DNA from: a virus
Lineage: Duplodnaviria > Caudoviricetes
Virus record (IMG/VR): IMGVR_UViG_2852783553_000005
Coordinates: 820-64,819 of that record
Length of the DNA: 64,000 bases
Strand: one strand, 5' to 3'
Both the position numbers and the translations under genes were made by a program. Position 1 is the first letter of the stretch. Each line of letters begins with the position of its first letter. The notes beneath the pieces were generated by a model. That model saw only the letters and a program-made list of their open reading frames with translations. It did not search any database and was not told the origin of the DNA. This document shows, piece after piece, positions 47,595-56,268 of the stretch.

Positions 47595-48374
47595 ATGAAC
47601 TTTACCGGAAAGGGAGCACCGTTGACTGCGGCCGGGCTGGAAAGCGCGCGTAGCGACATGCAGGTTGACGTCGAGTGCATCTGGGCTCTGATCCACACCG
47701 AGACTGTCTTTCCTCATGCCGGTTTCTGGCAGAATCGATCACCGCAGATGCTATATGAACAACGAGTGTTCCATGAAATAACGCGAGGTCTCTATGACCA
47801 GACCGCGTCTGATATTAGCAGCACCACGCCCGGCTACTACGGCGACAACACAGCTGCCGATCAGTATAGACGTTTGAACAGGGCAATTTTCCTCGACGAA
47901 GATGCTGCCCTCAAAAGCGCTTCGTGGGGCTTGGGGCAAGTGCTTGGCCGGAACTTCGATGCGGCGGGCTACGGAACCGTAGATGCTATGCTATCCGACA
48001 TGGTCGCGTCTGAGGATTCTCAGCTTTTGGCAACTGCAAGGTTCATTATCAGTAGCGAAATGGACGGTTCACTTGCCTGCTTAGACTGGACGTCGTTTGC
48101 AGCAGCTTACAATGGAGACACAACGGGTAGATATGCCGGTCTGATCAGCGGTGCGTACGCGAAATACAAAAACGGCGGTGTGCCTGACATAGACGTCAGA
48201 GCAGCACAGATCTATCTAATGTACTTGGGCATAGACGCGGAAGAGATAGACGGAATTTTGCTTGATCATACCGCTTCAGCGCTTCGAACCTTTCAAAGCA
48301 CGAGAGGTTTACCTGTCACCGGACAGTTGGATCCCAATACATTCTCCCGGTTGGAAGCAGAAGCAATGGCCTGA
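47595..48374 (+). CDS. N-acetylmuramidase (DUF3380) with C-terminal PG-binding domain
   Basis: A..HTE, P..LYE..VF, SASWGLGQVLG.N, W..FA..YNG; DGI....T..AL..FQ..RGL.VTG..D..T. Confidence 0.85.
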   Translation: MNFTGKGAPLTAAGLESARSDMQVDVECIWALIHTETVFPHAGFWQNRSPQMLYEQRVFHEITRGLYDQTASDISSTTPGYYGDNTAADQYRRLNRAIFLDEDAALKSASWGLGQVLGRNFDAAGYGTVDAMLSDMVASEDSQLLATARFIISSEMDGSLACLDWTSFAAAYNGDTTGRYAGLISGAYAKYKNGGVPDIDVRAAQIYLMYLGIDAEEIDGILLDHTASALRTFQSTRGLPVTGQLDPNTFSRLEAEAMA

Positions 48375-48485
48375 CCGACGCTCATCTCCGGAAGGTACCG
48401 GGAGACGTGCCTTGCAGCGAATGACCGCCTCGGAGAAGTACCACCGTCCCTTGAAGGGCCATCTGTTGTTGTCGCACGTGGGTTC

Positions 48486-49148
48486 TCATGTTGCGTTCGC
48501 GATTGCCCGCGCAAGCTCCCTGCCGAAAACCCGGTCGAAGTTCGCAGATACGAGCGCTTCGGCTCGTTTGCCAAATTCAAGCCGTTTCTTCGTCTCGACC
48601 GGCGCGTGGAACGCGACCAGCAAGCGAAGGCTGCCGGTTGTGTTTGCAGCACGGTCTTTGCCGCGTCGGCGCGGTGAGGTGGACTGTGCCGGTGCGGGCC
48701 GCTGCCATACACCGTACGCCGTGCGGCGTTTCGTTCTGACGCTTCCCATGAACACGTCAAGCCGCCCCATGTACTTGCGGATCGCGTTGCGCGGCAGGTT
48801 GCCGTACTGGTTCGCCGATGCGCCGGCCGGAACGAGATTCGCAGGCTTCGCGCCAAGATACTGCACGCCGCCGAATTCATAGGGTGCAAGGTATCGAGCG
48901 GCCTTGTCGCGGATATAGACGCGTGCAACGGGCGTTCCCTTGCGCGCGGGCTGCACGGCCACCGAGTTGACCGTAAAGGGCGTCGGGTTGTCAAATACCT
49001 GCGGTAGTGCGTTCCTTTCGGCGTCGGCGGCGAGCTTCGCCAGTTCGGTCACAGTGCGTGCTTCGGCAAAGGGCAATTGCCGATAAGCCAGCGCTGAGAG
49101 CTTGCGCGACACGGCCTCAATGTTCGAGCGGATCGACAGTTCAAGCAT
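48486..49148 (-). CDS. Conserved phage protein (possible virion morphogenesis)
   Basis: QLPFA.A..., FD.PTPFT.NS, N.YGNLPR motifs common upstream of terminase in such phages. Confidence 0.6.
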   Translation of the reverse strand: MLELSIRSNIEAVSRKLSALAYRQLPFAEARTVTELAKLAADAERNALPQVFDNPTPFTVNSVAVQPARKGTPVARVYIRDKAARYLAPYEFGGVQYLGAKPANLVPAGASANQYGNLPRNAIRKYMGRLDVFMGSVRTKRRTAYGVWQRPAPAQSTSPRRRGKDRAANTTGSLRLLVAFHAPVETKKRLEFGKRAEALVSANFDRVFGRELARAIANAT

Positions 49149-49162
49149 CGATACACGCAGCG

Positions 49163-49750
49163 TCAGGACGGAATCCACGCGCGGCCGAACTCCGCTTTTG
49201 CGAGGCGCTTACCCACACGTTCAGGCATGCCGGAACGGTCTGCAAGTCTGTCTACTTCCTCCGGTTCCATGCCAAGGCCGCGCTCGATCTCCGGTACCGG
49301 TACGCCTGCCTCGATGATCGTGCGGACAATCCCGGCCATCGGCAAAACTGCGTGCGTGCCACGCGCGCGATTGTGACGGATGGTGGACATCATCCGGTGT
49401 ACCGGATTGGCTTCAATCTCCGCAGCCGGGACGAAGCCGCCGTACCGCTCGCGGATACGAGCATCGTCCGACACCAGCCAGCGATGAAAGCCATCAATCA
49501 GCAGATAACCGCTGCCGTCCCTGAGCACAACCAGCGGCTGTGTGAAGCCGTCCTCTAGGATCGAGAGAACCAGCAGTTCAAGTTCGGGCGGCGCAACGCA
49601 GTTGGGGTTGTAGTCGTTCGCCCGCACGCAATCGCGATGTACCCATTTCACGCGTGAGACGGCAGCGCGTTCAATAGCGCCGCGCACGTCATCCGGCAGC
49701 GGCGAAGCGGACTCAATAGCGGGTGCCATCGTTGTCGTTTTCCATTGCAA
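49163..49750 (-). CDS. ibrB: IbrB-like ParB/Srx N-terminal domain protein
   Basis: ANDYNPN.VAPPE..LL..SI.EDGFTQP, IDGFHR, STIRHNRARG.H. Confidence 0.85.
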   Translation of the reverse strand: MQWKTTTMAPAIESASPLPDDVRGAIERAAVSRVKWVHRDCVRANDYNPNCVAPPELELLVLSILEDGFTQPLVVLRDGSGYLLIDGFHRWLVSDDARIRERYGGFVPAAEIEANPVHRMMSTIRHNRARGTHAVLPMAGIVRTIIEAGVPVPEIERGLGMEPEEVDRLADRSGMPERVGKRLAKAEFGRAWIPS

Positions 49751-50915
49751 GCAGTTCTTCGAGCGTCACCCCACGCCGCTTCTGCTCGGCTCCAGCCAGC
49801 GTGACCAGCCCGCCGGCCTTGCGGTTCTTGAAGTCACCCTTGAGCGCGATCTGCGCGAGCGCGCGCCAGGACACGCCGCTCATCGGGTCGGCTCTTGTGT
49901 CGTCAATGGGCCGCTTCGTCTTGCGCTGATGCGTTTCGACGGCGCGTCGCAGTGAGAGCGCGACGCGTGAGCGCCACGGCTCATCGTACAGATTGATGAT
50001 CCGCCAGGTCCATTGCCGCCACGTCAGACCTTCTGGCGGCTCGCGCAGGTGCGTGCCGTAAAGCTCGGTCAGCGCATAGCGTGCCGCTGTCGCGGCGCCT
50101 GGCACGCGAGCGGTCATGCGGTGCCATAGATTGGGGTAGCAGATCGCCCACGTATGCAGCAGGTTGAGCGGTTCTTCGCCGAACGGCGGGCAGACGCGCT
50201 GTTGGGCATGCGCCAGTCCCATCGCTTCGAAGCGGTCATACGTGCGGTTGTAGTCCCAGCCGAAGCACGACGGCGCGACCCATACATCCTCGAACCGCCA
50301 GTCGTATATCGGATCGCACAACCACACGTTTCGCGCGTTAGGGCTCTGATGAATGTAGTTATCGACGCGCGAGCGCATGGTCATGCGCAACCGGCGCAAC
50401 GATTCCTGGGTGCGGATGCCGCGCAGCATGGCGACAGTCTGCGACCGGCCCGCGAATGGCAGGTGACTGCAATCGGGAATCATCATTCCGCGCGCGAAAC
50501 CCGGCATTGTCGCCTCAGCGCACGCCGGCATCCGGCGCACCCACAGGTCGCGCTCATCGGGATTCCAGCAGTACCAGTACGGCTGCTGCCGCGAACAGGC
50601 GTTGCGATGCTTGACCGGCACGCAATACCAGGTGAGCGCGATATTGGGCTGGGCGCGCACGCGCCCTACATAGTCCTCTGTGTCGGGCGAAATGCACTCC
50701 TCGTCATAGAAGTGAACCTCGAGCGGCAGGCGTCCGGTTTCGCTCGCGACCGAGAGCGCGAGATGCAACACGACGGTCGAATCCTTCCCGCCCGAGAACG
50801 AGACGACGATCCGGTCGAACCGGCTGTACAGATGCCGGATACGTTCCAGCGCCGCATCGTGAACAGTATCGTCCACATAATGCCGGTCCAGCGTCACACG
50901 CGCCTTGCCGCTCAT
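49713..50915 (-). CDS. ibrA: IbrA-like PAPS-reductase-family (PP-loop) protein
   Basis: VSFSGGKDS, D.E, GIR.QES..R, PIYDW...DVW, QRVCPPFGEEP. Confidence 0.85.
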   Translation of the reverse strand: MSGKARVTLDRHYVDDTVHDAALERIRHLYSRFDRIVVSFSGGKDSTVVLHLALSVASETGRLPLEVHFYDEECISPDTEDYVGRVRAQPNIALTWYCVPVKHRNACSRQQPYWYCWNPDERDLWVRRMPACAEATMPGFARGMMIPDCSHLPFAGRSQTVAMLRGIRTQESLRRLRMTMRSRVDNYIHQSPNARNVWLCDPIYDWRFEDVWVAPSCFGWDYNRTYDRFEAMGLAHAQQRVCPPFGEEPLNLLHTWAICYPNLWHRMTARVPGAATAARYALTELYGTHLREPPEGLTWRQWTWRIINLYDEPWRSRVALSLRRAVETHQRKTKRPIDDTRADPMSGVSWRALAQIALKGDFKNRKAGGLVTLAGAEQKRRGVTLEELLAMENDNDGTRY

Positions 50916-51655
50916 GAGCGTTCCAGTGTCGCGTCGCCGGTCGTGCGGATCGCGGCGAGATTGCGCGCTGATACGCCGTCCACGATGGTCCGGTTAATCA
51001 TCGGGTGATCGTCGTCGGTAGGCCCGCAATCGGAATCCGGGTGATACGCGAGCACGCGCATTTCGTCGCCCCGGTCGGTGGCGAAGTGATGACGCCCGTT
51101 CGCATGAATGCAGAAAATCATCCCCGCTTCGAGTGCGATGCAGACATCCGCGCCCGCATTACGTGCGATGCATGTCCCACTTCCTGACAGCACCAGCCCG
51201 AGCCGGTCCGATGGGTGCGTATGGGCGGTTTGGAAAACACCTTCGGGGAAGTACAGCAGGTTCAGACAGGGATCGCCGCAGCGAACCGGCTGAACCAGCG
51301 TGGTATCACTGCACTGGTCGATATAGCGCAGGCGGCCCCTGTGTTCGACGGGACCGCCGATCATGAACAGGCCGCGCCAGCCAGCGCGCCGCATGATGAC
51401 TCCGCGGCTGCTCCGTGCAGACAGCGTGAACCGGCCCGGGACGCAGAAGTACTGGCCGGCGTGCAGCATCCACGCATGGCCGTTGTGCTGCAGGCGCGCT
51501 GCCCCCTCATACACGTAGCCGAAATGAGTCGCCTGCGGCTCGGTGACGGTAAGGTCGTCCGTCCACGCCAGCAATGCGTCAGCCAGACAGCCATGCTGCC
51601 AGTCATAAGCCGTGAACGCGTGCGAGGGCGCGCCGATGTGAGCGGATCGATTCAT
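50912..51655 (-). CDS. Bicupin-fold protein
   Basis: LRYID.C.D, DPCLNLLYFP, QTAHTHPS.R.G.V.SG.G, HHF.T, YHPDSD.GPTD..HPMINRT. Confidence 0.75.
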   Translation of the reverse strand: MNRSAHIGAPSHAFTAYDWQHGCLADALLAWTDDLTVTEPQATHFGYVYEGAARLQHNGHAWMLHAGQYFCVPGRFTLSARSSRGVIMRRAGWRGLFMIGGPVEHRGRLRYIDQCSDTTLVQPVRCGDPCLNLLYFPEGVFQTAHTHPSDRLGLVLSGSGTCIARNAGADVCIALEAGMIFCIHANGRHHFATDRGDEMRVLAYHPDSDCGPTDDDHPMINRTIVDGVSARNLAAIRTTGDATLERS

Positions 51656-52401
51656 TGGATACTTTGGCTTGCATCAAGCCATTCGCGCGCTATCAGCAGG
51701 AGCGCCGCGCCGCTGTCGGCGGCGCCGCGCGTTCGCGCGTGTGCAATGGCATCGAACAGAATCTGACGGTCGGCAACTCGGACCATGCAGGAAAAGACTG
51801 CGAGAGATGCAGCTGCATCGCTCACAGCAGAAAAACCATTCTGGCTGGCGGCAGCGTCGGCGGCTGCACTGACAGGAGCCCGGTCGTGTGTATTGGCGTT
51901 CGCGCTTGCGAAACCAAATTCCGTAGGGTCTGCGACTTCGGCAATCTGCGCGGCGTGATCGAGCCGGAGCCTGTCTGTATCGTCAGTCAGCCGCGCCAGA
52001 TCAGCGTCAGAGAAACCTAGCAGATCGGGCTCGAAGCCCTCAACGGTGAGTGCCTGAAGCTCCTGCGCGAGCAGTTCCGTGTCCCATGAGGCGTTAAGTG
52101 CGAGCTTGTTGTCCGCAATCCGGTAGGCGCGCTTCTGGGCCTCACTCCATCCCCGCGCCACGATTACGGGCGCATCGTCCAGCCCGATCTGGCGCGCGGC
52201 GAGCAGACGTCCGTGTCCGGCGATGATTTCGCCGACTTCGTCTACAAGTACGGGAATCGTCCAGCCAAATTCACGCAGTGAGCCTGCAAGGCTCTCCACC
52301 TGCTCCGGTGGATGGCTACGCGCGTTGCGCGTCGCAAGCTGCAGCCGCTCAAGCGGCCAGCGCTCCACGCTGTCGGCAGGCCAGGGCGGTTGTTTCTTCA
52401 T
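51652..52401 (-). CDS. ParB N-terminal domain protein
   Basis: RNARSH...QV..LA.S..EFGWT.P.LVD...IIAGHGR..AA, AYRIADNKL...WD. Confidence 0.85.
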   Translation of the reverse strand: MKKQPPWPADSVERWPLERLQLATRNARSHPPEQVESLAGSLREFGWTIPVLVDEVGEIIAGHGRLLAARQIGLDDAPVIVARGWSEAQKRAYRIADNKLALNASWDTELLAQELQALTVEGFEPDLLGFSDADLARLTDDTDRLRLDHAAQIAEVADPTEFGFASANANTHDRAPVSAAADAAASQNGFSAVSDAAASLAVFSCMVRVADRQILFDAIAHARTRGAADSGAALLLIAREWLDASQSIQ

Positions 52402-52990
52402 TCGTGACGTCTGATGCGGATTCGTCGCGTACGATCCCCGCTTCGCGCAGGAGCGCATCGATGCGCCCGAACGCTGCGTCGAACTCACCGCTTTTCTGCC
52501 GCGTGCCGCTCAGTGTTGCACCGAGAATCGCGGTATGTTCGGCAACGGTCTGCCGGTGCACGCCGCAGCGCTGCGCGAGGCTGACCTGTGTCTCGCCGGT
52601 ATGGGTGAGGATGTTGGCGACCAGCGCGGAACGCAAACGGATATTCGGGACGTGCCCGATGAAGAGCGGCGCAGTGTGCGCGACGATCTGAGCGAGCGCG
52701 CCCGACCATTCGGGATTGGGATAGTGCCCCGCGCAGCAGGGACGATGGCACGCGCAGGTTATGTTTTGGGGTGCGTAGCTGACTACGAGCAGCGCGCGCT
52801 GCAAATCCGTCAATCGGTCCAGCCGGTAACGGATACGCGCGGCCTGCGCGGTGGCATCCGTGCCGGTCAGTACGTCATCGCCGGGAGCCGACTGGTGTAG
52901 CGCCTTGAGAGAGGACGCGCCTCCACGCAGAACCGCGTGCGAAAGCGCGTCACGCAGCGCCGCTGCTGTGCCGCAATAGGTGTCTTTCAT
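52349..52990 (-). CDS. Putative transcriptional regulator (Cys cluster + C-terminal HTH)
   Basis: C.C..PCC.G motif; LAQRCGVHRQTVAEH HTH. Confidence 0.6.
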   Translation of the reverse strand: MKDTYCGTAAALRDALSHAVLRGGASSLKALHQSAPGDDVLTGTDATAQAARIRYRLDRLTDLQRALLVVSYAPQNITCACHRPCCAGHYPNPEWSGALAQIVAHTAPLFIGHVPNIRLRSALVANILTHTGETQVSLAQRCGVHRQTVAEHTAILGATLSGTRQKSGEFDAAFGRIDALLREAGIVRDESASDVTNEETTALACRQRGALAA

Positions 52991-53024
52991 GGGGGGCGGT
53001 GCAGGAATCTGAACGCGCAAAACG

Positions 53025-53109
53025 AAAAAACCCGCTCGAGGCGGGTTCCGGGTGCAGTTCGGAGACTACTAATCTTTGCGTATATTCGACTGTTTTTGCC
53101 GGTTGTCAA
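53025..53109 (-). promoter_or_regulatory. Sigma70-like promoter followed by a leader terminator
   Basis: TTGACA (53109-53104), 17 nt, AATATA; then CCCGC-CTCGA-GCGGG-T6 at 53045-53025. Confidence 0.5.
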
Positions 53110-53194
53110 GAAATTTCAATCCGACCCACCAGCGCGCTAGCGTCAGAAACGCTCAGGCCTGCGCTCGGCGGGCTTGGACTGGTGCGCCAGATCG

Positions 53195-53629
53195 CTAGTC
53201 GATAGCCCGCAAAATCAGCCCGCCCTCGGCGTGCTGTTTCGCGTACTCCCTCAGCGCGTAGTACTGCTCGACCTGCGGATCGTAGTTACCGCCCTGTTCA
53301 TGAATCGTCCATATCAGCCGGTTCAGGACGAACAGGCTGATGGTGATTCCGGCTGCGTCCGCGCTCATGGTGCTATCGAACTGATTGCCCTCTATCCTCA
53401 GTGTCATCCGTTCCGGCGCGCGGGGCGCAAGATAGAAACTGCCGTTCGACAGTTCGTAAAAATTCCACGCCCCGTGCGCATACTCCGGCGAGAGCTTGGC
53501 CGCGCAGGAATACACCAGGTTCTCTGCAACCGGCCATAAAAATTTGCCCAGCATTTTCGGGAGAAACCTCAGGCGACGACTCTCAGGGACCAGCTTTGCA
53601 ACGATTCCGGCCGGCTTTTTCCTCGCCAT
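53195..53629 (-). CDS. Antirestriction protein, ArdB/KlcA family
   Basis: R..FLP, E..VY, Y..G.W.FY.LSNG.FY.AP, N.F...MSADAAGI, YY.LR.YA..H.E...I.RAID. Confidence 0.88.
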   Translation of the reverse strand: MARKKPAGIVAKLVPESRRLRFLPKMLGKFLWPVAENLVYSCAAKLSPEYAHGAWNFYELSNGSFYLAPRAPERMTLRIEGNQFDSTMSADAAGITISLFVLNRLIWTIHEQGGNYDPQVEQYYALREYAKQHAEGGLILRAID

Positions 53630-53630
53630 C

Positions 53631-54251
53631 TCACGCTCCCCTGGAAGCGACGACAGGAGTCTGCGCGACGCGCGCCAGGGGCACGATCGACGCGAGTACG
53701 CCGGAGAGCTCCTGAGTCTCCTGCGCGATTTCGTACGCAAGCTGGTAGCCCATCCAGGTCATCGGATCGTCGCCGAAGAACACAGCAAGGCGAACGGCCG
53801 TATCAGCCGTCAAACGGCGCTTGCCCTCGATGATCTCGCGGATACGGCGCGGCGCAACGCTGATCGCTTTCGCCAGCTTGACTTCAGTCACGCGCGCGTC
53901 GGCGATTCGCGCAGCGAGCGCCGCGCCAGCCGTCTGAGGAAGAGATTTTGCACCGCTGGACTGGCTCGACGCAGGCGGCGTCGGCGCTAACGTTGTCGAG
54001 GTTTTTTCGCCAGGCGTCGGCGCGACCTTCGCTGCGGGCGTCTTGACGGCGGGCGCGGCCTTCGTCGCGGGAGTCTTGGCGGCGGGCGTCGGCGCGACCT
54101 TCGTCGTCGGAGCTTTGGCAGCCGCCTTCGCCGCCACCGTCGTTTTTGCCTTCGGCTCAACCACACTCGCAGCCATCGTTTTCTTTGCCGGTGCCTTCGT
54201 TGCCGGTGCTTTCGTTGCGGCGTGGTTCGTGGTGGTCTTCGTCGATTTCAT
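53631..54251 (-). CDS. HigA/VapI-type HTH antitoxin fused to an Ala/Lys/Pro/Thr-rich N-terminal tail
   Basis: LAKAISV..RRI.EII.GKRRLTADTA.RLA.FFG..P..WM..Q..YE; about 100-aa AKAP-rich extension. Confidence 0.8.
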   Translation of the reverse strand: MKSTKTTTNHAATKAPATKAPAKKTMAASVVEPKAKTTVAAKAAAKAPTTKVAPTPAAKTPATKAAPAVKTPAAKVAPTPGEKTSTTLAPTPPASSQSSGAKSLPQTAGAALAARIADARVTEVKLAKAISVAPRRIREIIEGKRRLTADTAVRLAVFFGDDPMTWMGYQLAYEIAQETQELSGVLASIVPLARVAQTPVVASRGA

Positions 54252-54301
54252 CTGGAATCCTATCTAGTAAGTGGGTAATTACAAACAACTGCATACCCAC
54301 C

Positions 54302-54709
54302 TTAAGGCGACCGCGCAGGCCTGTCCAGAGGCAAACTTCGGCCAGACTCAGATTTCTTCCGAGGCGGCGAGGATGCCGCGTTGATGGGCGAGGATTGCAA
54401 CCGGGGCGGCGAGGATTGACCGTCGCCGGGCGAGGATTGCACCTGACGCGGCGAGGATTTGGTGTCCGCCGGCAAGGTTTGATACGCGGCTGATCGCCCC
54501 TCGGTGGTCTGCTCCCGTATCCATTCGAGCGCGGCGCGGTGCGCTTCCCGATACGAGCGTGAAGGATGGTCGCCGCGCTCGATTCCCTGACGGTAGGCGC
54601 GGCCGATCCACGCCCTCAGATCGTTCGGCAGCGCGTACCAGTGTCTCCGGCAACCCCACGCATTGCGCGGGTTGATCTGCCTGCAACCGGGCCACGGACA
54701 ACGGTGCAT
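54302..54709 (-). CDS. Small Cys/His phage protein
   Basis: H.CP.PGC......GC..HWY.LP..LR..I. Confidence 0.6.
   Translation of the reverse strand: MHRCPWPGCRQINPRNAWGCRRHWYALPNDLRAWIGRAYRQGIERGDHPSRSYREAHRAALEWIREQTTEGRSAAYQTLPADTKSSPRQVQSSPGDGQSSPPRLQSSPINAASSPPRKKSESGRSLPLDRPARSP
54366..54459. repeat. Five GGCGAGGAT(T) direct repeats at exact 21-bp spacing
   Basis: Cores at 54366, 54387, 54408, 54429, 54450 with variable spacers. Confidence 0.9.
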
Positions 54710-54711
54710 GG

Positions 54712-54924
54712 CTATGTCCTCTCAGCCCTGAACACTTCGCCAAACACGATACGCAGGTCCTCACCTTTGCATGGTCTGCGTCCGTACCACTTGACCGCAC
54801 GTGCCGCGCATTCGTCAGCCCGCGCCTTCCATTCGCCGCCGCGCCGGATCGCTTCAGCGCGCACCTGATCGGCGAGGGTCACGCTTAGGAGCGGCGCGCA
54901 TTCGGCGACCGGAAATCTGTGCAT
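54712..54924 (-). CDS. Hypothetical phage protein
   Basis: In operon order, 70 aa. Confidence 0.45.
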   Translation of the reverse strand: MHRFPVAECAPLLSVTLADQVRAEAIRRGGEWKARADECAARAVKWYGRRPCKGEDLRIVFGEVFRAERT

Positions 54925-54935
54925 GGTTTTCCCAC

Positions 54936-55163
54936 TCAGTGTGTCACCGCACCGGATTGCTGACGCGGGTCCGCTGGTTCCGCACCCACCAGCGCGGCGC
55001 GTGCAATCCGCGCGATATCGGGCAGCGTTAGCGCGCTCGTCGTGCCTTCCGCGAGGTCGGCAATCAGCGCGAGCGCTTCGCGCAAACGTGCAGCGTCGTG
55101 CAATGCGCGGTGGCGCATCTGGTCGGAACGGATCACTCTGACCTCTCTCTGTCGCAGGTTCAT
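54936..55163 (-). CDS. Hypothetical phage protein
   Basis: RBS GGAGG, ATGA coupling to the RusA-like gene. Confidence 0.5.
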   Translation of the reverse strand: MNLRQREVRVIRSDQMRHRALHDAARLREALALIADLAEGTTSALTLPDIARIARAALVGAEPADPRQQSGAVTH

Positions 55164-55651
55164 GGCATGGCCTCCATCGATAGCGCGTGCGCGAACGACA
55201 GCACGCACTGCTGTGCTGCAAGCGGTTCAACGACGACCTCGGTGCGCGGATTGGTGCGGTCGATACCGTGATAGACGTGTTTCTCGCGCACCTGCCTGTC
55301 GTTCCTGTAGACGCCGGCCTGTACCAACTCGCGCACACTTGCACCACCGGCCTTCACCCTTGCATAGCGGTTCTGCAGCACGTCGAGAATCACGGATTCA
55401 TCGAGGTCCGGCCGTTCGGACGCGTAGAAGATCCGCAGCGTGACGCGCACCGGGCCGGTCAGTTGCACGCGGCACAGCGGGGGAATCTGCCGTAGCGCGT
55501 AGCGCTCATAGGCGCGCGCCTTGTCTGACTTGATCGACATCGGGCGCGAACGGATGCGGTTCGCGTCATCGCGATAGCGGCGCGAGACGATTTCGCGGCT
55601 GTTCGCTTTGCCGGCGGGCTCGCCCAGGATCGTGAAGGCAATCGCGTTCAC
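55160..55651 (-). CDS. RusA-like Holliday junction resolvase
   Basis: GEP..KAN.R, RPDLD, Y.NDRQV, NPR.EV.V. Confidence 0.75.
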   Translation of the reverse strand: MNAIAFTILGEPAGKANSREIVSRRYRDDANRIRSRPMSIKSDKARAYERYALRQIPPLCRVQLTGPVRVTLRIFYASERPDLDESVILDVLQNRYARVKAGGASVRELVQAGVYRNDRQVREKHVYHGIDRTNPRTEVVVEPLAAQQCVLSFAHALSMEAMP

Positions 55652-56268
55652 ACCGTGGCCTCATGCGGCTCTTCGTCGTCTTCGCCCGGTACACGCGAGG
55701 GCAGCACGCCGCCGCGCAATTGGAACGCGGCATCGAAAACGGCTCGGTACTGCGCTCGTTTCTCTGCAGGCGCGTCGTCCAGATATGCGCGGCCCGCTGG
55801 CGACAGTACGGCATCAATCGAGATTCGCTTCGTTTCATAGGTGAGCGGTGCGCCGTTTTTTGCGCACCCGCGTAGCAACATCTCAAAGGCCCATTGCGGC
55901 GAGGGCCGGCGATTCGCGAGCGGCGCAAGAATTTCCCGCATGCGTGCGAGGCACGCTTCTACCTTCGCCGGGTCCGCCCGGTCGGGCTGCGGCAGACGTG
56001 GCGGACTGCTTGCTGCGGCTTGTCGGCGCGTGGCGCGGCAGAGTTCAAGGAATTCGGGCAGCGTCGGTGGATGCGGCACATCGCAGAGCGCGACAATGCC
56101 GGCCTGTAGCGCTTCGGCTGGCACACCCTGAAGCGTGTGCGTCCAGACGCGTTTCAGATCGTTGGTATCGACGCCGCGCCACATCGCCACGAAGCGCGCG
56201 CCATAGATCGCGTGCATCTGGCGAAACAGCCATTCGCCGCGGGTTTCAGGTTGATCGGTCGGGAACAT
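55648..56268 (-). CDS. Replication protein P-like helicase loader
   Basis: LF..M.AIYG.RF..W, W...L, PP.LPEF..LC; follows the initiator gene. Confidence 0.6.
   Translation of the reverse strand: MFPTDQPETRGEWLFRQMHAIYGARFVAMWRGVDTNDLKRVWTHTLQGVPAEALQAGIVALCDVPHPPTLPEFLELCRATRRQAAASSPPRLPQPDRADPAKVEACLARMREILAPLANRRPSPQWAFEMLLRGCAKNGAPLTYETKRISIDAVLSPAGRAYLDDAPAEKRAQYRAVFDAAFQLRGGVLPSRVPGEDDEEPHEATV

Noticed and set aside
49713-50915. Dnd/Ssp phosphorothioation or CysH sulfate assimilation
   Set aside because: No dndB/D/E, ssp or cys genes; motifs and the IbrB neighbour fit IbrA
53631-54251. Complete HigBA toxin-antitoxin pair
   Set aside because: No RelE/HigB-like ORF on either side
54366-54459. 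CRISPR-like repeat/spacer pattern
   Set aside because: Repeats (9-10 bp) and spacers (11-12 bp) are far too short and there are no cas genes
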